From positions 1,920,001 through 1,984,000 of the forward strand of contig OZ244742.1 in NCBI GenBank assembly GCA_965219415.1: DNA of 64,000 nucleotides, given 5' to 3'. The stretch is from Candidatus Marinacidobacterales bacterium (lineage in GTDB: Bacteria; Acidobacteriota; Vicinamibacteria; Marinacidobacterales; DATDRI01). Both the position numbers and the translations under genes were made by a program. Of the stretch, positions 19,452-29,842 are shown piece by piece; positions within the stretch are counted from its first letter, which is position 1, and the number at the start of each line of letters is the position of its first letter. The notes under the pieces are model-generated. The model saw only the letters and a program-made list of their open reading frames with translations. It was not told the origin of the DNA and ran no database searches.

Positions 19452-20105
19452 TCAAAAACGAAACGCCGCGCCGATGGTAAGCTCCGTGTTTCGGGGCCCG
19501 GCGACGTTGTCCACAAACGCCAACCCCTCCGAGACGATCTGATATCGAACGTCGAAACGTGCTCCCACCCACGAAGTAAAGAAATACTTCACTCCCCCAC
19601 CGAAGTTCAGACCGGTACTGGAATCGCTCGCTACTCCGCTGACCTCGGTATCGAGATCGGATCGTATCCAAGCGAAACCGAGCGTTCCATAAGGGATCAA
19701 GCCGATTTCCAGCGGAAACTGGGCCACGAAATTGCCACTAATGTTTTGAACAGTGGTGGTGAATTGGTCACCCAAGTTGACAATGCCCACCTCGTCGTCG
19801 TTCACGGTAAAGGCAAAGGTCTCCTTCGTCCGTGAGTAGCTTACTTCCGCGCCGAGGTTGGGGCTGAAGTCATAGCTGAAACGCCCTCCCCAAAGATCTC
19901 CGAAGGGAACATTGTCGGCCGCTCCGGTGGTTGTGAAAAAGAGATTCGACACCGTACCGACATCGTGATTGACCGACATGCGACCGACGAAAGCACTAGC
20001 TTCGAAGCGTTTGTCTTGAGCTCGCGCCGGACTCGGCTTGAGCATGACGATGCCACAAGCCAGAAACAAGGACAGCAAGCCCGGCATCCACCACCGAGCG
20101 CTCAC
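19452..20105 (-). CDS. Outer membrane beta-barrel protein (OmpA-like transmembrane)
   Basis: Signal peptide; PYGTLG and NFGGGVKYF; C-terminal FRF. Confidence 0.85.
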   Translation of the reverse strand: MSARWWMPGLLSLFLACGIVMLKPSPARAQDKRFEASAFVGRMSVNHDVGTVSNLFFTTTGAADNVPFGDLWGGRFSYDFSPNLGAEVSYSRTKETFAFTVNDDEVGIVNLGDQFTTTVQNISGNFVAQFPLEIGLIPYGTLGFAWIRSDLDTEVSGVASDSSTGLNFGGGVKYFFTSWVGARFDVRYQIVSEGLAFVDNVAGPRNTELTIGAAFRF

Positions 20106-21106
20106 GGGTTCACCGCCACATCGATCCCGTTTGTTGTGCTGCCCACGGTGACTTCGGCACTGCCTGGGTGAAAGGTGACCTCGAAATCCAAGTCGGTCGT
20201 GAAGTCATTGAAGCCGAAATCGGAGGGCGAGGTGGGATCGGTGATAGGGTTCACCCGCACCACCACCGGGCCCGAAGAGAGGCCTTCTGCTCTGTATCGT
20301 CCGTCCTCATCCGTGAAGACCCCTATTAATTCGTCGGTAAACGGGTTGTAGACGGTTACCTGGGCGCTTCCCAGGCCGTCTCCGTTCTTGGTTACCGTCC
20401 CGGACATGCGTCCTTTGCTACTGAAGTTACCCGCCGGGTAGTTCACCGATGCGCCGGTGAGGTCGTCCAAAGTCAGCGTGCGTCCGAGGGTAGTACCTCT
20501 GGGAAAGGCAAAGGGATACATGATCGCGGAGTCTTCGAGCAAGAAGCGTCGCCCGGCGCGGGTCTCCATGACCCCCACGGCGGAATGGTCGAGACCAATG
20601 AAGTGTCCAATCTCGTGCAGCGCCGTCGACTGGTAGTCGAAACGTCCGGTCTGCCCGTTGGGAGACACCGACCACGGTGCATCGTCGTTAAAGAAGATGT
20701 CCGATTCCGCGATCTCTCCGGTCATCGTGAAAACGATGAAATTCGTGGCTGCCAGAATACCGCTCCCCTGAAGATCCGGGTCGGTGATAAACCCCAACGT
20801 GTTGATGAAGTCGAAGAAAACGAAGGGCTCGGCGTTGGTCGTTCCGGCGAATCGGAAGTTGATGCTGCTGGTCTCGACTTCCTCCCACGTATCGTACGCT
20901 CTCTCCGTCGCGTTGATGGCAGCGTCCAGAGAGAAGTCCTTCGGGGACGTGTTGTTGTAATGCCACGCCACCGGCGTATCTTGTGGCCTCCACTTCAGAA
21001 AAACTCTTTCACCATCCGGATTGACGAAGTCGATGACCTTGTAGGGTGAGCCGGTGCGAGAAACGGTGAGCACCAACAATAAGGCAAGCGCTAGTCTCAA
21101 TCTCAT
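20102..21106 (-). CDS. Matrixin (M10-like) metalloprotease with C-terminal carboxypeptidase-regulatory-like domain
   Basis: HEIGHFIGLDH; Met-turn AIMYP; TDEDGRYR. Confidence 0.88.
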   Translation of the reverse strand: MRLRLALALLLVLTVSRTGSPYKVIDFVNPDGERVFLKWRPQDTPVAWHYNNTSPKDFSLDAAINATERAYDTWEEVETSSINFRFAGTTNAEPFVFFDFINTLGFITDPDLQGSGILAATNFIVFTMTGEIAESDIFFNDDAPWSVSPNGQTGRFDYQSTALHEIGHFIGLDHSAVGVMETRAGRRFLLEDSAIMYPFAFPRGTTLGRTLTLDDLTGASVNYPAGNFSSKGRMSGTVTKNGDGLGSAQVTVYNPFTDELIGVFTDEDGRYRAEGLSSGPVVVRVNPITDPTSPSDFGFNDFTTDLDFEVTFHPGSAEVTVGSTTNGIDVAVNP

Positions 21107-21129
21107 TTCGCCGATCTCCTTAGGTTGAG

Positions 21130-21693
21130 CTAACGCCCGAGAGCGGCGAGGATACGCGACTCGACTTCGGAAAGTAGATACCGTGTCGGAGGCCAGCCTG
21201 CCTCTATTGAATCCGTGCGGTAGTTAACCAGGATGAGTCCGGATATGTCTCGCTTCAAGATCCTCTCTCCGGCGTCACTCTCAGTCAGCGTGAACTTGCC
21301 GAGGGCAAGGCCCAAGAGGGTCAGAACGCGAGCCCCTGATCCGACACAGAAAAGAAGCACTTGCTCTCCGTTCGTGAAGTCCGGAGTTCCGGGGACGACG
21401 GACCGCAAGGGTCCCAGTTGTCCTCCCCACAGCCGGATGGTCATCGACCGCTCACCGGCTCCTCCCTTGAGGAAGCGCTCGACCTCGAACGACGTGTGGG
21501 TGTAGATGCGGGTATGTTGGGCGTTCCAATCGGCTCGTGAACCGACGCTTCTCCCGATGAAGATCATGTCTGCGCGACGGGCCATCTCTTCCAAGGTCAT
21601 GGCCTCGACCGTCGCCGCTTCCACCCGGATGTTGGGGACGAGTGCCAGCGAGATGACGCCGAGCCAATACCACGCCTGGTTCATACTTCGCAT
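21130..21693 (-). CDS. Secreted hypothetical protein (OB/TIMP-like domain by inference)
   Basis: Signal peptide; TLEEMARRADMIFIG...VERFLKG...GEQVLLF. Confidence 0.7.
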   Translation of the reverse strand: MRSMNQAWYWLGVISLALVPNIRVEAATVEAMTLEEMARRADMIFIGRSVGSRADWNAQHTRIYTHTSFEVERFLKGGAGERSMTIRLWGGQLGPLRSVVPGTPDFTNGEQVLLFCVGSGARVLTLLGLALGKFTLTESDAGERILKRDISGLILVNYRTDSIEAGWPPTRYLLSEVESRILAALGR

Positions 21694-21715
21694 CGATTGC
21701 CTCCTCGTGTTCGAC

Positions 21716-22888
21716 TCACGTTGTCAACACTTCGTTGTGCGGTCGCTGAGCTCGACGGCCATGCTCAACCACCGATAAGACTTCTTCGGCCGCTTTTAGT
21801 GAAGCCCCTCCCGCTCCCAATCGAGCTCTCACTTCTCGAAGGCCTCGACGCATAGACTCCCTCGCTTCGGAACTCTCGAGCAAGTTGAGGGTCTCGGCAC
21901 AAACTCTGTCTTCCGTCATATCCTCTTGGATCAGCTCGGGCACCAGGGACCGCTCCGCTATCAAATTGACCATAGCGTAATGAGGAACCTGGACCAAGGG
22001 TTTCCCCAAGAAATAACTCAGCCCGCCGACTCGATAGACCACGACCATCGGCGTTCCACAGAGGGCTGCTTCAACGGTCGCGGTGCCCGAAGCCACGATC
22101 GCGACATCGGCGTGAGCAAGCGCCTCATAGATTGTCTCGCTCAGGATGTGCACAGAGGAAGAAGCTGTGCCCAATCCGACGGCCACTGAGGCGAGCTCGA
22201 CGGTGGGTGCCTTCAGCAGAATAAACTGTAGATCAGGCCGACGGCCTTTCATCTTTCGTATCGCACCAGCCAAGACGGGAAGATGAAGCTCAATCTCTCG
22301 TGGACGACTCCCCGGCATTAGGGCGACGACCGGGCGGTCCGCTTCGAGCCCAATCCGTTGAAGGAAGCTCGAACGATCCTCGTGGCTCCGAACAATGTCG
22401 ACCAAAGGGTGCCCCACGAACGTCGCCGCAATCCCCGCCTCTCGGTAGAAGCGTTCCTCGAAAGGCAGGATCACTAGCATCTTGTCGACGTTTTTCTTGA
22501 TCGTCTTGAGACGCCCTCGGCGCCAGGCCCAGACCTGTGGGCTTACGTAATAGACAACCGGGATTCCCAGAGATTTGAGTTTTCGGGACAGACGAAGGTT
22601 GAATCCAGAAAAGTCGATGAGTACCGCGACGTCTGGCGCGCGCTCGGCGGCGGCTTCGACAAGCGTGGATTGGGCTCTCTTGAGCGCCGGCAGCTTTCCG
22701 GCGACCTCGACGAGCCCGATGACTGAGATCTCTTTGAGATCGACCAGAACTTCGGCTCCCGCCTGACGGAGTCGATCTCCGCCCAAGCCGAAACACTCGA
22801 TCCCCGGCTCCAGGGCGAGCAGCTCTCGGACGAGTCCCGCCGCATAGAGCTCGCCGGATGCTTCCCCGCAACTCAGAAGCGCATTCAC
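21716..22888 (-). CDS. lpxB: Lipid-A-disaccharide synthase
   Basis: GEASG, YVSPQVWAWR, FVGHPL, PGSR, SGTATVE; GTG start at 22888. Confidence 0.96.
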   Translation of the reverse strand: MNALLSCGEASGELYAAGLVRELLALEPGIECFGLGGDRLRQAGAEVLVDLKEISVIGLVEVAGKLPALKRAQSTLVEAAAERAPDVAVLIDFSGFNLRLSRKLKSLGIPVVYYVSPQVWAWRRGRLKTIKKNVDKMLVILPFEERFYREAGIAATFVGHPLVDIVRSHEDRSSFLQRIGLEADRPVVALMPGSRPREIELHLPVLAGAIRKMKGRRPDLQFILLKAPTVELASVAVGLGTASSSVHILSETIYEALAHADVAIVASGTATVEAALCGTPMVVVYRVGGLSYFLGKPLVQVPHYAMVNLIAERSLVPELIQEDMTEDRVCAETLNLLESSEARESMRRGLREVRARLGAGGASLKAAEEVLSVVEHGRRAQRPHNEVLTT

Positions 22889-22981
22889 GCCTGCCCTGTT
22901 TGCCTTTTCCCTCGATGTCTTTGACAGTAGTAACGGACCGACTATAGCATAGCTCCATGCACTAGCGAGACACCCAACTCG

Positions 22982-23941
22982 ATGATCGGACACGTTTTCA
23001 AGTTGCTCGGGAAGGCGTGCTCGGTACGGCCAGAGCCCGTGACGGACAGAGTCTACGAGTGCTATCTTCGCGGACGGCTGTTCGACTCCAAAGAAGTTCA
23101 GATCGCGGTAGGGGATCGCGTTGAGTTCGATCCCGTCGAGGAACCGAGCTCCCATGACTCTGTCGAACCGAGACCCAAGAAGGGAATCGGCGTCATCCAC
23201 GAGATCCTCCCTCGAGAAACCGCCCTCCTACGCCCGCCGTCGCGAAGAGGCGGCCAACCGCAGGTGGTCGCGGCGAACATCCATCAGCTCGTCGTGGTAT
23301 CGGCGATTAGAGAACCGCCGTACAAAACTGGACTCATCGATCGCTATTTGGTCATCACACACCGAGCGGGGGTCCTCCCCGCTTTGTGTATGAACAAGAT
23401 CGATCTCGCCAATCCGGAGGAGCGCGATAAGGCTGACCGAGACTTGAAACTCTACAAAGAGTTGGGGCTGCCGAGCATCTTCACGAGCGCAGTGAGCGGC
23501 GAGGGGATCGAAACTCTACGGAAGCTGCTGAAGGACAAGCGCTCGGTCTTGGTTGGGCATTCTGGTGTAGGGAAATCGAAGCTCGCCGGTCGATTGCAGC
23601 CCGGACTCACACTATCGAGCTCGTCGGTCAGTCGCCAAGGCAAGGGGCGGCACACGACTTCGAGTTCCACGCTTCTTGCCCTCGACTTTGGCGGGGAGCT
23701 CGTCGATACACCAGGGGTCCGCGCGCTTTCGATCTCCGACCTAGATCAGAATGAACTAGGTTCACACTTTACCGACTTCGAGACTTTTTTGGGGAATTGC
23801 CGCTTTACGTCTTGCTCACACATTCCCGAGCCCGGGTGTGCGGTGCGAGAGGGAGTGGATTCTGGGAAGATTTCCCAGGCGCGCTACGACAGTTACCTGC
23901 GGCTATACCACGAGCTTCAACATCATCACAGAGGGCGTTGA
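22982..23941 (+). CDS. rsgA: Ribosome small subunit-dependent GTPase A
   Basis: Permuted NKID / GHSGVGKS / GRHTT / DTPG; CxFxxCxHxxEPGC zinc motif. Confidence 0.96.
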   Translation: MIGHVFKLLGKACSVRPEPVTDRVYECYLRGRLFDSKEVQIAVGDRVEFDPVEEPSSHDSVEPRPKKGIGVIHEILPRETALLRPPSRRGGQPQVVAANIHQLVVVSAIREPPYKTGLIDRYLVITHRAGVLPALCMNKIDLANPEERDKADRDLKLYKELGLPSIFTSAVSGEGIETLRKLLKDKRSVLVGHSGVGKSKLAGRLQPGLTLSSSSVSRQGKGRHTTSSSTLLALDFGGELVDTPGVRALSISDLDQNELGSHFTDFETFLGNCRFTSCSHIPEPGCAVREGVDSGKISQARYDSYLRLYHELQHHHRGR

Positions 23942-25596
23942 GCTTCGGCCCTGGATTTCTTTCCGATGCGAGCCCCGATGAGTTTCACGAGACCCTCCAA
24001 GCCTTCCCCTTTGAGCGCGGAGACGGCAACGGCATCGGACCGTCCCTCGAATACCCCGCGGTTCTCGAGTCGGTCTACTTTGTTGAAGACGGCCAGCCTG
24101 GGAACGTTGTCGAGCTGAAGCGTCTCGAGAATCCCCTCCACCGCCTCCATCTGTTCACGATAGCGACTATCCGAACAATCTACGATGTGAAGAATGAGAG
24201 TCGAGTTCTCGATTTCTTCCAAGGTGGCGCGGAAAGCATTCACCAAGTCGGTCGGGAGATCTCGAATAAAGCCGACAGTGTCGGCTAGCAACACCTCTTG
24301 CTCCACCGGGACACGCAGTCGCCGGTTCGTCGGGTCGAGCGTCTCGAACATGCGGTTTCCGGCGGCGACCTCACTGTTGGTGAGGCGATTCAGCAACGTC
24401 GACTTTCCGGCGTTGGTATACCCGAGGAGCGAAACGATGGGAAGCCCACGCTCGACGCGCCTTCTTCTCCGAACACCTCGCTTGCGCCGAACGTCTTCGA
24501 TCTCTCGCTCGAGCCTCGCGATGCGATCCCGTGCCCGCCGGCGATCCATCTCCAGCTTGGTTTCACCGGGGCCCCTCCCCCCGATACCACCGGTGAGCCG
24601 AGACAGCGCGGTATCCAACTCGGTAAGCCGAGGCAGAAGGTAGCGAAGCTGCGCTAATTCGACCTGCAACTTTCCCTCTCGGCTGGACGCACGTCGCGCA
24701 AAGATATCGAAGATGAGCTGTGTTCGATCCAGAATCTTGAGGTCGGTCGCCGCCGCGATGGAGCGGACCTGAGCAGGGGTCAAGCTCTGGTTGAAGATAA
24801 TCATGTCGGCGCCGTGTTGCAGGGAGGCGATCACCAGCTCGTCGATCTTCCCCTTGCCCAACAGGAATCGGGGATCGAGTTTGGGCCTTCGCTGCACGAG
24901 CGTATCCAAAACGACCACGTCACAGGAGCCGGCGAGCTCGGCGAGCTCCACTAGGGTCTCGCGCTCGGTCTCGGCTCGGCCCGTCGTGACCCCGACTAAG
25001 ATGGCACGATCACGGTGGTCGGAACGGTGCAGCTCGCCTCGCTGGCGGGTGAATTCGTCCTCGAGATCATCGATGAAATCCAGAAAATCGACGTCCAACT
25101 GACTGGGAGCGCGTGGCTCCATGAACTCCCAGGCGGGTGCCGGTTTGCCATCGCGTTGTTTCCCGTTGGAGCTGGCCGGCGAAAGGTAGGCGGCCCGAAC
25201 CAAGCCCGGCAGTCCGTCCTTGTTGGCGTCGATGGACGCCATGAGATCCAGGCGGAGAAGCGCTAGGTCACTGAGGTCGTCATGCGTGAGTGGCTCACCT
25301 GCCAGATGGGTATGGAGGCACCGAAGTCCACGGAAACGCTGTTCTGCGACGCGGACCCGTTTCAGATCGGGGAGAACGATTCGCCGTGCGTCACCCACGA
25401 TCACAGAATCAACTGTGCCTCGTCGATTCACGAGGACGCCGATCTGCCGATTGATCTCGCGGGAAAGTTCGGTGAGAACCCGGGCAAACTCTTGAGTGAC
25501 GATGGCGCGGGGAGGGATTCGCCTCTGATAAATCTTTTCCAGGCGTTTGCGCTGCAAAGCCTTTAGGCCGGTGGAATTGCCTTGTAACTTGTGGAT
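23926..25596 (-). CDS. hflX: GTPase HflX, long form, probable ATC start
   Basis: ILDRTQLI, GRGPGET, GYTNAGKS, DTVGFI; GGAGGT 10 nt upstream of ATC 25596. Confidence 0.93.
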   Translation of the reverse strand: MHKLQGNSTGLKALQRKRLEKIYQRRIPPRAIVTQEFARVLTELSREINRQIGVLVNRRGTVDSVIVGDARRIVLPDLKRVRVAEQRFRGLRCLHTHLAGEPLTHDDLSDLALLRLDLMASIDANKDGLPGLVRAAYLSPASSNGKQRDGKPAPAWEFMEPRAPSQLDVDFLDFIDDLEDEFTRQRGELHRSDHRDRAILVGVTTGRAETERETLVELAELAGSCDVVVLDTLVQRRPKLDPRFLLGKGKIDELVIASLQHGADMIIFNQSLTPAQVRSIAAATDLKILDRTQLIFDIFARRASSREGKLQVELAQLRYLLPRLTELDTALSRLTGGIGGRGPGETKLEMDRRRARDRIARLEREIEDVRRKRGVRRRRRVERGLPIVSLLGYTNAGKSTLLNRLTNSEVAAGNRMFETLDPTNRRLRVPVEQEVLLADTVGFIRDLPTDLVNAFRATLEEIENSTLILHIVDCSDSRYREQMEAVEGILETLQLDNVPRLAVFNKVDRLENRGVFEGRSDAVAVSALKGEGLEGLVKLIGARIGKKSRAEAQRPL

Positions 25597-25824
25597 AGCT
25601 TTCTCTACCTCCTCTTCCCTCTATTATACGCTTGCCGGTGGAATCCTTGCGTGGCGTCGCCCAGCGTCCTCCCGGCCAGACGCCGAATAACCAAAAAGAG
25701 ACAGGGGCGGCGTTGACCGGTTCACAGGCCCCTATTGTGCCAAGCGTTTACGGCCATCCGCCAGTGGTACCAGTCTTGCAAATCTTGGTATGTAGAATTG
25801 CCCTCGTGAGCTTGGAGGATCCCG

Positions 25825-26732
25825 ATGAAGTGGTCGAGAGTCCCGCTCACCCTGCTGACCCCGCTGATCTTGTCTAACGTGTTGGCGGTCGTCGGTCCGA
25901 CTCCGCTGGCGGCAGGCCCCCGCCACGGTTCCTTCTCCTTTGGCGTTCATGGCCCCCGATTCGGTTTCGGCTTCGGATATCGCTACCGGCCTTATTCCTA
26001 CCGCCGGCCCTACGTCAGGCTTGGCTCGCCCTATCCCTATTGCCACCGACCCGTCTACGCGCGTGCGTACCCTCTGCCGACATACGCTCCCTACCAGGGC
26101 TACACGGGTACGGATCGGGCGCTATTCGAGCCCTCGTGAAGCCGAAGCGAGCGGAGGTCTATGTCGACGGCTACTACGCAGGCATCGTCGACGACTTCGA
26201 CGGAACGTTCCAGAAGCTCTACCTTGCGCCCGGCGAGCATGTCATCGAGCTGCGGCTCGAGGGCCACCGGACCTTTCGGCAGCGTATTCTGGTCAGTCCA
26301 AGACACACACAGAAAATCCATCATGAGTTGGTTCCTCTCGGCCCAGGAGAGCCAGGACAGACTGACGAGACCGAAAAACCGGTGGAGCCTATTCCTGAGG
26401 GCCGCGAGGAGCGTCAAGAAATCCGCGCTCGACCCGCTCCCGCGCCTCCCTCTCCGAGCACCGCGCCGGCACCACCAACCTCTCCTGCGCCTCGCTCCGC
26501 TTCGCGGGCCCGTTTCGGCTTACTCACCCTCCGCGTGCAGCCGGCGGTGGCCCAAGTCCGGATTGACGGCGAGGTTTGGGGACATCTCGGTGGAATGGAA
26601 GAGCTCTCGATTCACTTGCCGGCGGGCACACACTGGGTCGAGCTCCTCCGGGACGGCCAACCTGTTTTCTCCTCCGAAGTAAGTATCCAGATCGGACAGA
26701 CCACGCCGATGAACATTAGACTCGCCCCCTAA
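25825..26732 (+). CDS. PEGA-domain protein, frameshift near 26102
   Basis: AEVYVDGYYAGIVDDFDG; second PEGA-like domain after a Pro-rich linker. Confidence 0.8.
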
Positions 26733-26861
26733 TCAGGGGCGAGCGGCGCCTCGTCCCATAACCGGACAGCGGCGGAAACTTGCACTTTTCGAACCGGGCG
26801 CGTATCCTGACCCGATCGTGAAGTAACCGATCGACTCTTAGACCTATGGGAGGACAGTGTT

Positions 26862-28289
26862 TTGACGCATCAGTCTAAGCTCGTCAGCCTGACTATGGCG
26901 ATTGGTCTGGCTTTGCTCGCGGGGTCGTCGGCCTTCGCCGACGGCGACAAGCTGAGCAAGGAAGACAAGAAATGGATCGAGGAAGAGGTTTCGGCCCTCA
27001 TCACCGCCGAGGAGATCAAGATCTTCAAGGACCTCAAATCAAAGGATCGCAAGCTCTTTAGGGAAATCTTCTGGGCCCGCCGAGACCCCAACCCCATGAC
27101 ACCGAAGAACGAGTTCATCGATGAATACAACGAACGGGTCAAGGGCGTGGACGAGAGCATCAAGAATGTCGGCGTGAGGGGTTCTCTCTCGGACATGGGT
27201 CAAGTTGCCCTATTGTTGGGGAGTCCCGCGGAAAACAATCGTGACGGCCAGATCGTAACCTGGAGGTACGATCCCAGGCCTGGGTTGGGTATCCCCGACG
27301 GTCTCACGGTCCAATTTCGTGACATGGGTATGGGGTTGCGTAGGGTCGGTTCCGGTGACGTCGACGAAAAGCTCGAGCGCGTCAAGACGGTCTACCTCAC
27401 GAACCGAGGCGTCACCTACTCTATCGACGAGGACGGGCGCCTGCTCAAACCCTCATCGGAATTCGATCCCAATAGCCCAGCCAAGAAGCTGCTCCAAGAG
27501 ATGATAGAAACGCAAACCGAGAACGCCGCCATCCCCTTCGAAGCGACAAGCTCTTTCTTCAAGGCCGAGGAAGGCGCGGTTTATGTACCGGTTCTCTTCG
27601 AGATCAACGCCGAGGCACTGACCTGGAAGAAGGACAAGGCGACAGCGACAGCGACGGTCTTCGGAGCCGTACAAAACGCCGAGGGTCAGACTCTTTTTCC
27701 CTTCGAGGAACTAGTTGAGCTCGAGAACAAAAACGGCGTCGCGAGGTACGAGATGCCCTTGCAGGTTACCCCGGGCTCGTACACTGCTCTTTTCGGTGTG
27801 CTGGACAACGAATCCAATACCGTCGGGACAAGAGTATTTCCTGTCGAGGTCCCGGATTTTGTTGGCGGCGAAGGGATGATGCTCTCTTCGGTGCTGGTGT
27901 TCTCGGAAGAACTGGCGGTCGAGAGCGTTGCCGGCACACCTGGCCACGGTTTCCAGTTTGGGCAAACTCAATTCGTCCCCTCCAAAATGTACTCGACGAG
28001 CGGGTACATCGGACTCTTCTACTTCGTCTACGGTTTCGGAGTGGATGAAGAAACAGGTGAAGCCAACCTCACCGCCCAATACATCTTCTTCAGAGAAGGC
28101 AAGAGACGCGGGCAGACCGCGCCGGAGCCGCTCCAAGTCGAGTTGAGCCTGGCGGGTGGCTTGGCACAGATTCCCCTCGCTACCTTCGAGCCAGGGGACT
28201 ACAAAGTCCAAGTCAAAGTGATTGACAAGGTCACGAAGAAAACGATCATCGAGGAGATCGAGTTCGTCGTGGAAGGTGCTTCCGAGTAG
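26862..28289 (+). CDS. GWxTD-domain-containing protein
   Basis: KKWIEEEV..LIT.EE...FWARRDPNP.T..NEF...GSLSDMG. Confidence 0.85.
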   Translation: MTHQSKLVSLTMAIGLALLAGSSAFADGDKLSKEDKKWIEEEVSALITAEEIKIFKDLKSKDRKLFREIFWARRDPNPMTPKNEFIDEYNERVKGVDESIKNVGVRGSLSDMGQVALLLGSPAENNRDGQIVTWRYDPRPGLGIPDGLTVQFRDMGMGLRRVGSGDVDEKLERVKTVYLTNRGVTYSIDEDGRLLKPSSEFDPNSPAKKLLQEMIETQTENAAIPFEATSSFFKAEEGAVYVPVLFEINAEALTWKKDKATATATVFGAVQNAEGQTLFPFEELVELENKNGVARYEMPLQVTPGSYTALFGVLDNESNTVGTRVFPVEVPDFVGGEGMMLSSVLVFSEELAVESVAGTPGHGFQFGQTQFVPSKMYSTSGYIGLFYFVYGFGVDEETGEANLTAQYIFFREGKRRGQTAPEPLQVELSLAGGLAQIPLATFEPGDYKVQVKVIDKVTKKTIIEEIEFVVEGASE

Positions 28290-28307
28290 TAGCCGCCTTT
28301 AACTAGA

Positions 28308-28350
28308 ACGGGAACGGCCTTTAAGCCAGGCCGTTCCCGTCTTGCTTTTT
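28308..28350 (+). terminator. Rho-independent terminator
   Basis: 13-bp perfect stem ACGGGAACGGCCT/AGGCCGTTCCCGT with T-rich tail. Confidence 0.8.
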
Positions 28351-28509
28351 AGGGAGGATGAAGAGTCTGCCGCCCTCACCCGCCGTCTGACCGGCATCTG
28401 GCCACCTTGATAGTGGCACCGAGCTGTTTTGATGCCCAGCATGGTTGGCACGACGTATTTTGACGGCCACCCATGCCAAAGGGAGAGCGATTAAAAGAAG
28501 AGTCCTCTA

Positions 28510-29679
28510 TCAGGCTGCCTTGCGTGCCTCCGACTTGGATAGGATTTCGATGGCCTTCTCGAGAATGGGGTCACCCTCACCGTTGTCTGCCTGAAACGAG
28601 TCCCCAACTTCCACAGTAGGCTCGAGGCCTTTGCCCAAGAGGGCGACTCCTTTCGGCGTCGAGTACTGAGCCACCGAAATCACCAGACCGGCACCATCGT
28701 CGAGACTGATCGTCTTCTGGACACCACCGCGTCCGGCAGTGCGCTCCCCGACCAGCTCACCCCTTTCCGCATGTTGGACAGCGCTTCCGAAAATCTCTGC
28801 CGCGGTGGATGTGCCGCGGTTAACCAGGACCGTGATGGGACCGCTAAAAACGACACGCCCCGACTCGATCGCCAGGTCGGTCTTGTCTCCGCCGCGATTC
28901 TCGAGAATGGCGGCCACACCACCCGAGATCAAGAGCTCAGCCACCTCAGCACCTTCGGCAGCCGTTCGACCGAAACTATTCCGCACGTCGACCACCAGAG
29001 AGGCAGCGCCGGAGGCGGTCAAGCTTCGAACGGCGCCGGTCACTTCTTCGTCCACCCCGGGTCGAAAGGCCGCGATCCGAATGTACCCGATGGAGTCGGT
29101 CAGCATCTTGTACGCAACCGAGTCACCGGAATAAACCTCTCGTTCGACGCTGACCTCAATCGGATCCGGCTGACGCCCTCGGATCACTTGCAAATCGACG
29201 GTGGAACCGGCGGGACCTCGCAACGCCGATTCGCCAATCGTAACGCTCAATTCGCGAGTGTTTCTACCTCCCACCGATTTCAGGAGGTCGCCCGGTCGAA
29301 GGCCGGCTCTTTCGGCAGCAGAACCTGGAAGCACACCGACTACCGACAGGTAGTAACGCTTGGTTACTTCGACTCCAATCCCCGCCGCATCCTGTTCTCC
29401 CGGATTCTGAAACCTGGCGAACTCTTCGGGCGACAGGTAGGCGCTATCCGGGTCCAGGGCTTCCATCATCCCGCGGATGCCACCTTCGAGTACTCCGTCC
29501 ATCTCCACCGCGTCCACGTAGTTGTTCATGATCAGGGTGACGACATCCTGAAAGACGGACAAATATCGATAAGCGGAGTCTCGGGCCAGGGCCCGACCAA
29601 GGAACCCTCCCAAAACCGCGTAGAGGACGAAGGGACCGGAGAGCAGCAGGAGCAAGTGCCTGGCACGAACGAACTTCAT
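28510..29679 (-). CDS. S41-family carboxyl-terminal protease with PDZ domain
   Basis: LDPDSAY, PDZ domain, GYIRI, VDVRN; serine region reads TSTAAEI. Confidence 0.88.
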   Translation of the reverse strand: MKFVRARHLLLLLSGPFVLYAVLGGFLGRALARDSAYRYLSVFQDVVTLIMNNYVDAVEMDGVLEGGIRGMMEALDPDSAYLSPEEFARFQNPGEQDAAGIGVEVTKRYYLSVVGVLPGSAAERAGLRPGDLLKSVGGRNTRELSVTIGESALRGPAGSTVDLQVIRGRQPDPIEVSVEREVYSGDSVAYKMLTDSIGYIRIAAFRPGVDEEVTGAVRSLTASGAASLVVDVRNSFGRTAAEGAEVAELLISGGVAAILENRGGDKTDLAIESGRVVFSGPITVLVNRGTSTAAEIFGSAVQHAERGELVGERTAGRGGVQKTISLDDGAGLVISVAQYSTPKGVALLGKGLEPTVEVGDSFQADNGEGDPILEKAIEILSKSEARKAA

Positions 29680-29842
29680 GATGCGGGAGCCTCCTGGGAG
29701 CAGAGTTTTAGTGTGGCCCTCACCCGGCGTCTGGCCACGTTGACAGCGGCACGCCATTCCTTGACGCCGAACACTCCCAGGGGGAGAGGGAATATCGGAT
29801 GAACAGCCATCATTTACATTCTGCCTTCGCGCCCGCCAATCG

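Noticed and set aside
22889-23200. N-terminal extension of LpxB
   Set aside because: It overlaps rsgA on the opposite strand; LpxB similarity begins at GTG 22888
27638-27656. GCGACA hexamer repeat as a phase-variation tract
   Set aside because: In frame (ATATAT peptide), only three units, no effect on the reading frame
28400-28480. GTGGCACCGAG resembling a tracrRNA tail, and nearby hairpins as an ncRNA
   Set aside because: Only an 11-nt match with no cas9 or array; the hairpins fit intergenic or terminator structures
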